Shown here: one piece after another, positions 38,089 through 46,395 of the stretch
Numbering within the stretch: position 1 is the first letter of the stretch
How the letters are laid out: each line of letters opens with the position of its first letter
Source of the DNA: a virus
Lineage: Duplodnaviria > Caudoviricetes
Length of the DNA: 50,535 nt
Strand: one strand, 5' to 3'
IMG/VR virus record: IMGVR_UViG_3300048796_000086
Span: 1-50,535 of that record
Position numbers and translations under genes: made by a program
Notes under the pieces: generated by a model
The model's database searches: none
The model's input: the letters and a program-made list of their open reading frames with translations, nothing else
Told to the model about the DNA's origin: nothing

Positions 38089-38237
38089 GCTTCCGCCTTT
38101 AGTGCGTCGTTGAGCTTCTCTTTCGCGGCGCGAAGCTGGTCGTCGGTATACTTGTTCCCCATGCCGCGACCGGCGAGGGCTGAGAGCGTGAGGTCGCGCA
38201 GCAACTCGGCTTCGCGTGCGGTAAAATCAACGGTCAT
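38085..38237 (-). CDS. Hypothetical 50-aa protein
   Basis: MTVDFTAREAELLRDL...; start and RBS supplied by the 42-bp repeat. Confidence 0.6.
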   Translation of the reverse strand: MTVDFTAREAELLRDLTLSALAGRGMGNKYTDDQLRAAKEKLNDALKAEA

Positions 38238-38640
38238 CGGCTTTCCTTTCTCGGCTGTAGGGGCTGATTGCTCATGCTGACTCCGGTTTCCAGCGAAGTC
38301 GAATGCCTTTTTCGCGAGCCTTTCGGTCAAAGCAATCAAGGCAGAAAAGCCCTGGAGTAGAGCCTCCTTTTGCGCCGAGCCCGGTTACAGCATCATAAAG
38401 TTCGTTGTCAGCCCACCACAGCAGATACGGTCGCCCGCATTCTTGGCACGATTCGCTGATATGACCAAGGACGAGCGTAAACCAAAGCGTCCTTAAAAAC
38501 CCGAGGATGCGTCCGTGACGCAGATGGTCCAATGACCATCGAGGTCCATTGCGCCAAGCGTATGCGTAACCGTAACCCGGCGTTGTCATAGTCCAGCGCA
38601 TCGGCTTTCCTTTCTCGGCTGTAGGGGCTGATTGCTCATG
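38235..38640 (-). repeat. 42-bp perfect direct repeat (38235-38276 and 38599-38640) flanking one gene
   Basis: CATCGGCTTTCCTTTCTCGGCTGTAGGGGCTGATTGCTCATG occurs twice; its 15-bp core recurs near 38834-38848. Confidence 0.95.
38272..38601 (-). CDS. Zinc-finger-like protein between the repeats
   Basis: CQECGR...LFCLDCF motifs. Confidence 0.7.
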   Translation of the reverse strand: MRWTMTTPGYGYAYAWRNGPRWSLDHLRHGRILGFLRTLWFTLVLGHISESCQECGRPYLLWWADNELYDAVTGLGAKGGSTPGLFCLDCFDRKAREKGIRLRWKPESA

Positions 38641-38854
38641 GTATAAAGCTCCTTCGGTGCGGAATATCCTCGCCCGTGTAATCGGAAGGCTCGATACACG
38701 ACGCCTTCAACTCGCGAAGCTCTTTTTTGCCGAGGCAGGTGATGGTGTCGAGGCAGCCATCGCAGTATTTCGAACCGCCCGTGTGCGACCGATGACGCGG
38801 CTTCTTCTCACAACGCATACAGGTTTTCCGCTCCGGCTGTAGGGGCTGCTCCAT
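38636..38854 (-). CDS. Small zinc-finger protein
   Basis: CMRC...YCDGC. Confidence 0.6.
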   Translation of the reverse strand: MEQPLQPERKTCMRCEKKPRHRSHTGGSKYCDGCLDTITCLGKKELRELKASCIEPSDYTGEDIPHRRSFIP

Positions 38855-39018
38855 TACTTTGGCTCCTCCGCTGCGGCGCGCACGTCCGCTGAAAGGAGAT
38901 GCTGCCCCATCTCGTCCGCTCCATCGCAGAGAAAGATAACCGCGCGCAACCGCTTTCGCAGACGCGCGATTTCCTCCGCGTCGCTTTGCATATCTTCGGT
39001 GTAGTGTCCGTTCGGCAT
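38854..39018 (-). CDS. Hypothetical protein
   Basis: GAGG RBS, MPNGHYTEDM... Confidence 0.55.
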   Translation of the reverse strand: MPNGHYTEDMQSDAEEIARLRKRLRAVIFLCDGADEMGQHLLSADVRAAAEEPK

Positions 39019-39228
39019 CTTACTGTTCCTCTCTCGTAGCTGGCAGGGGGCTAGGGGTGAGAATCTCCTCGGCGCGTTGTCGGCTCGGGCCGAACCAGCA
39101 ACCCTCCTCGAAGTCGCAAAAGGTGCGCGGCCCATCGGCGGTCATTTACTCTTGCAGCGTGTCGCCGCAACCGTTCGGGCACAATCCGGCGAGGACGTAC
39201 ATCGCGTAAGTGCGAGTCCAGCCTCCAC

Positions 39229-39723
39229 TCATTGCTGTGTCCCCTCTAGCGCCATCCGAAGCGCCTGTGCGTGTGCGCGGACGTCTTGCGCGGCGCTGGC
39301 CGTGACGCGCTCTTTCGCGGCCTCGAACGCCCACGATTCCCACCGCTCACACAGAGCCCGCACTTTTTGCAGCCGCGCTTCTAGCGATGCGATGCGCTCG
39401 GCAGAAGTGCCTTCGTGGATAGCGCGGGCGGCTCCAAGCGCGACTTTCGTGGCGTTTGCTTCCAACTCTGCGATGCGCTCGGCATTGAGAAGCGCCTCCC
39501 GAAACGTCCCGTCGTCTATCCCGGCGTTGATTATCTCCGCGATTTTGGCTGGCAGAGTTGAGTTCTCTTTTTCTAGGGATTCGATTCGGCGGATTGCCTC
39601 AAGCACTTCGTCGCGGGCAGCGGTGGCGTTCTCGGTATCAAGCGAATAGAGCCAACGCGCGACCTCTTTCAAACGTTCGAGGAAGATAGGCTCCTCGATA
39701 GCAGTCGGGTCAATCATTCTCAT
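39229..39723 (-). CDS. Coiled-coil protein (Ead/Ea22-like style)
   Basis: AERIAELE repeats. Confidence 0.6.
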   Translation of the reverse strand: MRMIDPTAIEEPIFLERLKEVARWLYSLDTENATAARDEVLEAIRRIESLEKENSTLPAKIAEIINAGIDDGTFREALLNAERIAELEANATKVALGAARAIHEGTSAERIASLEARLQKVRALCERWESWAFEAAKERVTASAAQDVRAHAQALRMALEGTQQ

Positions 39724-39958
39724 TCTCCGATTCTTCGATGCGCTTCCCCTCGACGGTATCGCTACCTATCGCGGCGAGCGAGGCTTTCAATTCTGCGATG
39801 CGCTCGGCCTGGGACTCCAATGCTTCGGCGAGGCCGCAAACGATGCAGTTTTCCTTGCACGGCCAAAGGCCGCCGTGTCCGCGAGCTTCGCAAACCCTCG
39901 CGGCTTGCGCCACAAGCTCGGCAATCGGCTTCACTTCCGCTTCAGAGGGGCGAGTCAT
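39710..39958 (-). CDS. Hypothetical protein
   Basis: Coupled start MTRPSEAE; Cys cluster and AERIAEL motif. Confidence 0.55.
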   Translation of the reverse strand: MTRPSEAEVKPIAELVAQAARVCEARGHGGLWPCKENCIVCGLAEALESQAERIAELKASLAAIGSDTVEGKRIEESENEND

Positions 39959-40067
39959 GGGTTGCCTACGCATTCGTGGTGCATAAAGTTTTGAAAGACT
40001 CTGAACCAGCGCCCGCACTTAGCGCAGCCGTACTCGTAGCCGACCTCGATTCGCTGAACGGTGACAC

Positions 40068-40541
40068 TCACTGGGTTTCCTCCGAGAGTATGGCGCGGAT
40101 AGCGTCTCGCAACTCTTCCGCGTTGCTAAGATGGTCGGGTTCGAGCGGCGCTTTCGGGCCTGCGCGAATCGTCCAGGTGAGTTTTGCTGCGACCTCCAAC
40201 GCGAACTCTATCGAGGTCAATTCTTTCGCTCGGCTTTCGAGCCCCCTTAACCGTACAAGCTCTGCCTCTTTCTCGCCCGTGAAAAGCTCCCGCCCTAGCT
40301 CGGCGATGTTAGCGCGAAGGGCGGCAAGCTCCGAGGCTTGGGATTCGATGGTCGCGGCTGCTTCGCGGATGAGCGCGAGGTTCGCTTCGGGCCAGCGTTT
40401 TGCGTATTCGCGCAGCCGCTCCTCAAGACTGGGTTCGCTGGCTCTGGGAGAGAGCGCGTGCTTCTCGTTGAGCAGCGCGACCTCTGATGCCGACGCTGCC
40501 TTGTTTTCCGACGAGTTGGGGGTGGGAGGGGTGCTAGCCAT
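40068..40541 (-). CDS. Coiled-coil hypothetical protein
   Basis: LIREAAATIE motif; ORF within the coupled chain. Confidence 0.6.
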   Translation of the reverse strand: MASTPPTPNSSENKAASASEVALLNEKHALSPRASEPSLEERLREYAKRWPEANLALIREAAATIESQASELAALRANIAELGRELFTGEKEAELVRLRGLESRAKELTSIEFALEVAAKLTWTIRAGPKAPLEPDHLSNAEELRDAIRAILSEETQ

Positions 40542-40700
40542 TTTCCGGCACTCCCAAGTATTCCGACACGCCGTAGTGCGCTTTCAGCGCCGGAAGGATG
40601 AGCGCGATCTCGGCCCGCGACAACAGCAAGCGCAGCGTCGGAGGATCGCCCTTGTTCGGTTGAAGCCGCGCAAGGCGGTAGTAAAGTTTCTCAGATGGGG

Positions 40701-41075
40701 TCACCTTGTCTCTCCTTCTAGCGTTGGCTCGGCCAGGTAAACTTTCGGCTTTTGTTCGCCGCCTTCGATGTCTCTGTTATCGGCCACGGCTTGCACAAGA
40801 AGGTCGATGACGTGACGGAGGCTCGCGACCGTCTTGTCATCTAACGCTTCTGCTCCAGCCGTTTCAATCGCGGCTTGTTGGATAGCTATACCCTTATGGT
40901 CGAAAATCGCGATGCCAACTCGCACGTCGCCGGGCCAACACCGAAGCGGTGTATACCCGCCGGGACCGACTCGATAGCCGCCAGCATTTTGCGGAATATC
41001 GAACGCGCGGAAGTGGAACATCCCATCGGCTGGAAGCAACGCTTCGATTTGCGCCTTTAGTTCCGGTTCCGTCAT
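40701..41075 (-). CDS. Hypothetical protein
   Basis: AGGAG RBS, coupled. Confidence 0.6.
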   Translation of the reverse strand: MTEPELKAQIEALLPADGMFHFRAFDIPQNAGGYRVGPGGYTPLRCWPGDVRVGIAIFDHKGIAIQQAAIETAGAEALDDKTVASLRHVIDLLVQAVADNRDIEGGEQKPKVYLAEPTLEGETR

Positions 41076-41326
41076 CGCTTGCGCTCCTGAAGAAAAGCGG
41101 AAATAGCTCGCCCCATGTCCTCGTTGTTGGAAAAATCAAACTCGCGCCACGCCGCCTCAATCTCCTCCGGTGTCGGCGGCAAAAGGGCAGCAGAGTAACC
41201 TGCGCTGAACGCCTCCTCGGCCTGGCGCCGCGTTGCGTAGCTCCACGAAATGCTCGGGAAGTTGCGGTCGCAATACGCCTCAGCCGCCCCCCTCGCGCCA
41301 GGTGTAAGGCTCGGCTTATCCATCAC
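41072..41326 (-). CDS. Hypothetical protein
   Basis: PTPEEIEAAW motif; coupled to the downstream gene. Confidence 0.55.
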   Translation of the reverse strand: MMDKPSLTPGARGAAEAYCDRNFPSISWSYATRRQAEEAFSAGYSAALLPPTPEEIEAAWREFDFSNNEDMGRAISAFLQERKR

Positions 41327-41363
41327 GGTCCACCCTCGCCCGGGTGCCCCGCGGAGGTTCCCT

Positions 41364-41600
41364 TCATTTGGCCGACCGCGTATCGCCTGCCGTTGGGGGC
41401 GGCGGCGGGTTGATGCCGCAATTGTCGGGCCGCGCGAAGTCCCAACCGATCTGAAACGGCCAAAAGATAACGGTAAAGATGGAATCGCCTATAGTTAGGC
41501 CAACCGGCCACGCCTTGCGTTCCATTGTGTCGTAGGCGCACGAACCCATCGCAACCATCACGCTGAACCAAAGCGCGACGCCGAAAAATATGCGTTTCAT
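41364..41600 (-). CDS. Small membrane protein
   Basis: Two hydrophobic segments, IFWP motif. Confidence 0.55.
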   Translation of the reverse strand: MKRIFFGVALWFSVMVAMGSCAYDTMERKAWPVGLTIGDSIFTVIFWPFQIGWDFARPDNCGINPPPPPTAGDTRSAK

Positions 41601-41848
41601 TTGCCTCCCGTTTCCCGCTCATCGCTCTCTCGGGGGTTCATCGGGAGCCGAGGTGGGTTGTACTTGCGGCACGCGCAGAGCTCGAACTGAACGCGAGGGT
41701 CGTCGCCCTCCGGCGGCAACGCGCGCGACCACGCGCACTGCCCGACGTTAACGTAGCCGACTTTCACCCGCGATTCCCACTCGTGCATAATTCCTTGGTG
41801 TCCGCAGGTGCAGTCGCGCATCGAACCGGCGCATTGCTCCTCACTCAC
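41597..41848 (-). CDS. Cys/His-rich small protein
   Basis: CTCGH...H...C...CAC. Confidence 0.55.
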   Translation of the reverse strand: MSEEQCAGSMRDCTCGHQGIMHEWESRVKVGYVNVGQCAWSRALPPEGDDPRVQFELCACRKYNPPRLPMNPRESDERETGGK

Positions 41849-41993
41849 TTCCCCGTCTCCCCCTTAGCGGTGGTGGGTACGGCTGCGATTGGCGAGCCAT
41901 CGGGGTGCCGCTTCTCGCGGCAAGCCTCGCACCGGCCGCCGGTCGAGCGCTGGAACGGCCGGTAGCAATCCCAGCACGTCCAAAGATTGGGCG

Positions 41994-42347
41994 TCACATT
42001 CCCTCCTCGCCAGCGTTAGGCGCCGCGCCCGCGTTGGTGGGTGCCTCTTGCGCCGCCGCTTCGGCCGCTTTGCCGGCCGCTATCAGCGCCTGCACGCGAG
42101 CGCCGCCCTTCGCGCCGATACGCGCGAAGAAATCCGCTCCGTACCGCTCCTTTGTCGCCTGCCCGCCCTTCTTGCCGCCCAGCGCCGCCATCTCGAGGAA
42201 TTGTTCGGGGTGTCGCGCCTTCGTGGCGAGCCCGCCTTTGCGGCCGATCGCCTCGTAGAAAGCGCGACCGTACTTCTCTTTCACGCGGGCGCCGCCGAGC
42301 TTTCCGGCTTCGCGCATGGTCATTGGTTTCTCGGGTTTGTCGCTCAA
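41994..42347 (-). CDS. KGG-repeat stress protein (GsiB/Con-10/YciG-like)
   Basis: MTMREAGKLGG, AIGRKGG, LGGKKGG and RIGAKGG repeats; GGAGGAGG RBS. Confidence 0.85.
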   Translation of the reverse strand: MSDKPEKPMTMREAGKLGGARVKEKYGRAFYEAIGRKGGLATKARHPEQFLEMAALGGKKGGQATKERYGADFFARIGAKGGARVQALIAAGKAAEAAAQEAPTNAGAAPNAGEEGM

Positions 42348-42365
42348 GTCTAGCCTCCTCCCTCC

Positions 42366-42395
42366 AGCTTACTCCTCGGTGCTGGCAGGCGTCAA
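42366..42395 (-). promoter_or_regulatory. Sigma70-like promoter for the KGG gene and downstream ORFs
   Basis: TTGACG-N18-TAAGCT. Confidence 0.55.
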
Positions 42396-42522
42396 CCCCG
42401 TCGTGCCTTCGAAGCTATGAAAAGCAGGGCGTCGGGCTCAGAGGCGAACGACGCCACCCAGCGGTCGCTCGCATCGTAAATCTCCCACATCGGTTCGCCC
42501 GCGGCGGTTATCTTCTGCATTT

Positions 42523-42975
42523 TCATTCGTGGCTCCAATACCGTCCGTTAACAATATAGGATACGTTTGCCTGAGATATACTGAACATTTGGCTCAGGGC
42601 CGCGTACTTCCACCCATCGCGCCTAAGGCGCCGAATCTCGTCGGCTAGATGCTGCGTTAGCTTGGCTCGCGGGTTGTTAACGCCGACAGCGTAGTTAGTT
42701 TTGGCTTTGCGGTCTCGATTGTTGTCGGCTTTCGTGCCGAGGAATAAATGTGCGGGGTTCACGCACGGCGGGTTGTCGCACTTGTGGAGCACGCACAGGT
42801 TACCAGGGTCAGAAACATGCAAGCCGTACGAGAACCTGTGGGCGAATATACGCTCGTGTTGAAAGATCAGCCGACCGTAATTTTTTGAGTCCCTGTTGCC
42901 GCGCCATTCCCAACAGCCCCGGTCGTCCATTATCGGTTCAACAAACTTCCAAAACCGCGCCTCTCTACTAGTCAT
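42523..42975 (-). CDS. HNH endonuclease with C-terminal HTH
   Basis: CWEWRG, AHRFSY, VLHKCDNPPCVNPAHL...N motifs. Confidence 0.92.
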   Translation of the reverse strand: MTSREARFWKFVEPIMDDRGCWEWRGNRDSKNYGRLIFQHERIFAHRFSYGLHVSDPGNLCVLHKCDNPPCVNPAHLFLGTKADNNRDRKAKTNYAVGVNNPRAKLTQHLADEIRRLRRDGWKYAALSQMFSISQANVSYIVNGRYWSHE

Positions 42976-44029
42976 CGTCGTCTCCCTTGCGTTTTTTCTT
43001 GCAGCATTGGACCATCATTTCGTCGCGCTCATCCATCGAGGCGAAGCTCATCGTCGCGCCGTTCCAAAAGCTGTGCGCCTTGAAGCACGGACCTTGGCGA
43101 TTCTTGCTAACCACTATCTCGCAGACGTTATCCTGAGCGGGCTGGCCTAAGAACGGTCGGTGGAGCAAAATGCAACGGTCTGCGGCTTGCTCTATTTTCC
43201 CCGAGTCTTGGAAGTTTGCGTTTGTTGGTTTGCGCCCCGCGGCGTCCCGGTTCAACTGCGCTAGGAGTACGGTCGTTATCGAGGATGAACGCACGAACTC
43301 CGAAAGCGTGTCCATGATCTCGCCTGCTGTGTCGCCGGGCTTCCATCCGCCTATACGCCGCGTGTAGTCGATAAACAGCATGGCCGCGCTCACGTCCACC
43401 GCGCGCTTCATAATCCCGCCAATGCTTCGGTCCTTCTTTTCGGGTTGCCATACCAGCAGGTCAAAACTCCCGATGAGCGCCGTCGCCGCTTTATAGCGCC
43501 CGCTCTGTTCCCTCTGTTCCCGCTCCAATTGCTCAAGCGAACACGCTAGTTTTTTGGCGAGCATTCGATCGCGGACTTCCTCTGGCGTCATCTCCAAGGT
43601 AACGTAGAGGACCTTGAAGTCGCGGGCGTTAGAAAGCGCCATCATCTCGGCCCACGCAGACTTGCCGTGGCCTTCGCGCGCGCCGACTACGACAAGCTCA
43701 CCCGGCCGAATCTCTCCCATGTGCGCGGTCACCGCTGCCAGGCCGGTTCCATAGCGGCGCGGGTCGAGGTGGCGCGTGATTGGGATGGCACCGAAGCGAA
43801 TGTCAGACTTGCCAATCTCCTGGTCCCCGGTAACCATCCGCGCACCTTTGAGTATTTCCTGAGCCGCCGTAGGATTGCGAAGCATCCAGGCGTCGGTATC
43901 CTCGATTCGCAATCCCTCGGTGGCCTTCCAGGCCGCCTTGCCGGAGTAACCTTTTGCGGGGGCTTCCAGGGCCACCAACGGGTTGCCATCGGGGAAGAGG
44001 GGTTCTTCATCGTCAATCGGGTTAATCAC
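42968..44029 (-). CDS. DnaB-like replicative helicase (RecA-fold C-terminal domain)
   Basis: GAREGHGKS, TLEM, FIDY, LAQLNR, DSGKIEQAAD and KNRQG motifs; coupled GTG start. Confidence 0.9.
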   Translation of the reverse strand: MINPIDDEEPLFPDGNPLVALEAPAKGYSGKAAWKATEGLRIEDTDAWMLRNPTAAQEILKGARMVTGDQEIGKSDIRFGAIPITRHLDPRRYGTGLAAVTAHMGEIRPGELVVVGAREGHGKSAWAEMMALSNARDFKVLYVTLEMTPEEVRDRMLAKKLACSLEQLEREQREQSGRYKAATALIGSFDLLVWQPEKKDRSIGGIMKRAVDVSAAMLFIDYTRRIGGWKPGDTAGEIMDTLSEFVRSSSITTVLLAQLNRDAAGRKPTNANFQDSGKIEQAADRCILLHRPFLGQPAQDNVCEIVVSKNRQGPCFKAHSFWNGATMSFASMDERDEMMVQCCKKKRKGDDDD

Positions 44030-44772
44030 GGCGCAGAGGCCGCCAGAGGTGTCCGTATCGAGCCGCTGTAAACGCCGTCCGCGCGTTGCTTGGCGATTAT
44101 CTCGACAATCCACTCCGGGCCGCCGTCGTCAACGTGTAGCCGGAGGCAGTCGGCCACGGGGAGGGTGCAGTCGCAGCCGTTCTTCGGGTCGAACTTACGG
44201 GGCGCCGACGCTCGCTCCGCGATGCGGTTTTGTAGCCACGCCATCGTGGTTAGCCCGGTCGCCCGCCACGCGACGAGAACTTCCTCGGGTGTCAACCCCG
44301 CAGTCGCCATGCTCCGCAACGCCCGCATATTCCGGTCCTTCCAATCGCTCCAGGTTATGCCGTGAAGGGTGGGACGGAGGTGCGGTTCCAAGGCTTGCAA
44401 GATGGCAATAGCGCCATCCAGCCCTGGCAACCGAGGCTGACTCTTAACCCGTTTCTTTGGCTTGTCTACTCCGGTAGGAGTAGAAGGTATTAAACTAGGG
44501 ATACAATTACCGCGCGTGAGTCCGTTTACGCTGCCGAGGTCACCTGCCGTTGACGAGGGGATTCCCCTGCCGTCAGCCCTGCCGAATGGCTGCCGTTCAT
44601 CCTGCCGTTTACTGGCAGCGTCTATGAACGGTTTGAGCCAAGCGGAAGACTCGGAGTTAGTGAACTTGCAACCGATCGCCCGCGCCGCGGCGCGCGCCTT
44701 CTCGATATTGCCGTGGCCCGTTGCCTTTTCAAGAGCGAGGTAAAACTCGACTACGATTTGCTGGGGATTCAC
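44026..44772 (-). CDS. Putative replication initiator
   Basis: Directly upstream of and coupled to the helicase; two domains joined by a low-complexity linker. Positional inference only. Confidence 0.45.
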   Translation of the reverse strand: MNPQQIVVEFYLALEKATGHGNIEKARAAARAIGCKFTNSESSAWLKPFIDAASKRQDERQPFGRADGRGIPSSTAGDLGSVNGLTRGNCIPSLIPSTPTGVDKPKKRVKSQPRLPGLDGAIAILQALEPHLRPTLHGITWSDWKDRNMRALRSMATAGLTPEEVLVAWRATGLTTMAWLQNRIAERASAPRKFDPKNGCDCTLPVADCLRLHVDDGGPEWIVEIIAKQRADGVYSGSIRTPLAASAP

Positions 44773-44993
44773 GCCGCGACAGGTTCACGCAGAGCGCGCT
44801 CCATGATCGCAAGCGTTTCGGCAAAGGCTTGGTCGCCGTGGGTTTTACGGAGAACTAGAAGCTCGTTTACCACGCGCGCTGCGGCTATTTCTGGAGTTTT
44901 TGGGAGCCTGCGCCGCTTCCGCTTTTTGGCGCTATGCTCGCATGGTTCACAGAGGTCGCAAGCGACGTATGCGTATCGAGGTGGACTCTGCAC
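44769..44993 (-). CDS. Hypothetical basic protein
   Basis: GGAGG RBS; CDLC; coupled to the next gene. Confidence 0.5.
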   Translation of the reverse strand: MQSPPRYAYVACDLCEPCEHSAKKRKRRRLPKTPEIAAARVVNELLVLRKTHGDQAFAETLAIMERALREPVAA

Positions 44994-45022
44994 AAAAACC
45001 TCCCCCGTTGCCGAGGGAGGTT
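44994..45022 (-). terminator. Terminator/attenuator hairpin overlapping the RBS
   Basis: AACCTCCCTC-GGCAAC-GGGGGAGGTT then TTT and the GTG start. Confidence 0.65.
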
Positions 45023-45159
45023 CGAAAGAATCTTTGCAGCTTCTGACGCTTCCCTGGGCGCGGTTCTTACAATGGGCTCAGGACTTCCCTAAGTAGAACC
45101 TGCGCCCTGAGTGTCGCTGCGTGGCGTCCCTGGCCGGGGACCGTCTCGCTGCTACGCCT

Positions 45160-45189
45160 ATTTTACTCCCCGCGCGGTTGGCGCGTCAA
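45160..45189 (-). promoter_or_regulatory. Sigma70-like promoter upstream of the replication genes
   Basis: TTGACG-N18-TAAAAT. Confidence 0.65.
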
Positions 45190-45193
45190 TACT

Positions 45194-45415
45194 TCAAACC
45201 CAGATCATTCGGCACGAATAACTCCCTCCAGGCCGGTAGCCTTCTTGGTCGAGAATGGCGTAGCACTCTCGCGACGAGTCGAACGGGCCGCCGACAACCT
45301 CGGTATAGTACGGATTGTAGTTAGTCCATTCGAGGACGTATTCGCTCGCGGCTCGTGCTGGGGCGGCTGTTGCGATCGCAAGCGCGGCGGCGAATGCGAG
45401 AAGAATCGGCTTCAT
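45194..45415 (-). CDS. Small exported protein
   Basis: MKPILLAFAAALAIATAAPARA signal peptide; two Cys; AAAGGA RBS. Confidence 0.75.
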   Translation of the reverse strand: MKPILLAFAAALAIATAAPARAASEYVLEWTNYNPYYTEVVGGPFDSSRECYAILDQEGYRPGGSYSCRMIWV

Positions 45416-45439
45416 AGGGTTCCTTTCATAGCGTGGTGG

Positions 45440-46347
45440 TTAGCGTAGTAGCCAAGGTTCAATGGCGCGTTTAGGCGGGACGAACAACCCCTGCTGGCGC
45501 AGGCGCGTCTCGATCAGCGGCCGGTACGCCTCGTTCAACTCGTAGCCGACCCACGCGCGACCGAGCCCCTCCGCTACTTCGAGCGTCGTACCGCTGCCAG
45601 CGAACGGGTCGAGAACGAGGTCGCCGGGCTTTGAACCTGCGCGGATGCAGAGCGAGGGAATCTCGGGCGGGAACGTGGCGAAGTGTGCCTCGGAGTATTG
45701 GGCGGGAGCAATCTTCCAAACGTCGCGCTTGTTAGCGCCCACGTACTCATCAGCGCGATCGTTCTTGCTTGCGCGGCCAAGGCCGTATTCGGCGGTTTTC
45801 CCTCGGTCAAAACGCGAGCCCTTCGCTGGACCCACCGCCTTCATCGTGCCGTTCGTCTTGCCTGGAATACGGTCGGAACCGATCTGCGCCTCGACGTTCT
45901 GCGCTAGACGCTCGATGCTCGACTCTGCAAGCGGTTCACGAATCGCGTCGGCGTCGTAGTAGTAGCGTGCCGATTTTGAAAGCAAGAAGATGAATTCATG
46001 CGCTCGCGTGGGGCGGTCCTCGATGCTTTCCGGCATACAGGGCACCTTGTGCCATACAATGTCCGACCGAAGCCACCACCCATCGGCGCGAAGCGCGAAC
46101 GCTACCATCCAAGGGAGCCCGATAAGGTCCTTCGGCTTCATCCCTGGCGTTCGTTTCGTGCTGCCCGTTTCGGTTCCGCGAGGGTGCGCCATAATCTGGG
46201 GACCAGAGATTTGCGAGCCTTCAATCGTGGACGTTCCGTTATCGCTTGCGCCGCGACTCTGTGCGCCCCACGACCCGGCGTAAGCGTCCCCAAGGTTCAG
46301 CCAAAGCGTACCATCGTCGCGGAGTACACGGCGCACCTCGCGAAAGA
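45440..46347 (-). pseudogene. Beta-class N4-C/N6-A DNA methyltransferase interrupted by the IS
   Basis: VFREVRRVLRDDGTLWLNLGD, HFATFP and LDPFAGSGTT are present. The N-terminal catalytic (S/D)PPY segment is missing and is replaced by the IS terminal repeat. Confidence 0.85.
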
Positions 46348-46360
46348 CGCGATTGTATAC

Positions 46361-46389
46361 TTGACGCCACAAAGCTAACTTGCTATACT
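46361..46389 (+). promoter_or_regulatory. Transposase promoter, probably leaderless
   Basis: TTGACG-N17-TATACT with TGn extension; ATG 7 nt downstream; -35 lies inside the TIR. Confidence 0.65.
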
Positions 46390-46395
46390 TAGCGC

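Noticed and set aside
38235-38640. Possible CRISPR array or att sites
   Set aside because: Only two full copies, separated by a whole gene; no cas or integrase gene nearby.
46348-46372. ORF-track start MWRQVYNR for the methyltransferase
   Set aside because: These codons are read from the IS terminal repeat and are not the native start.
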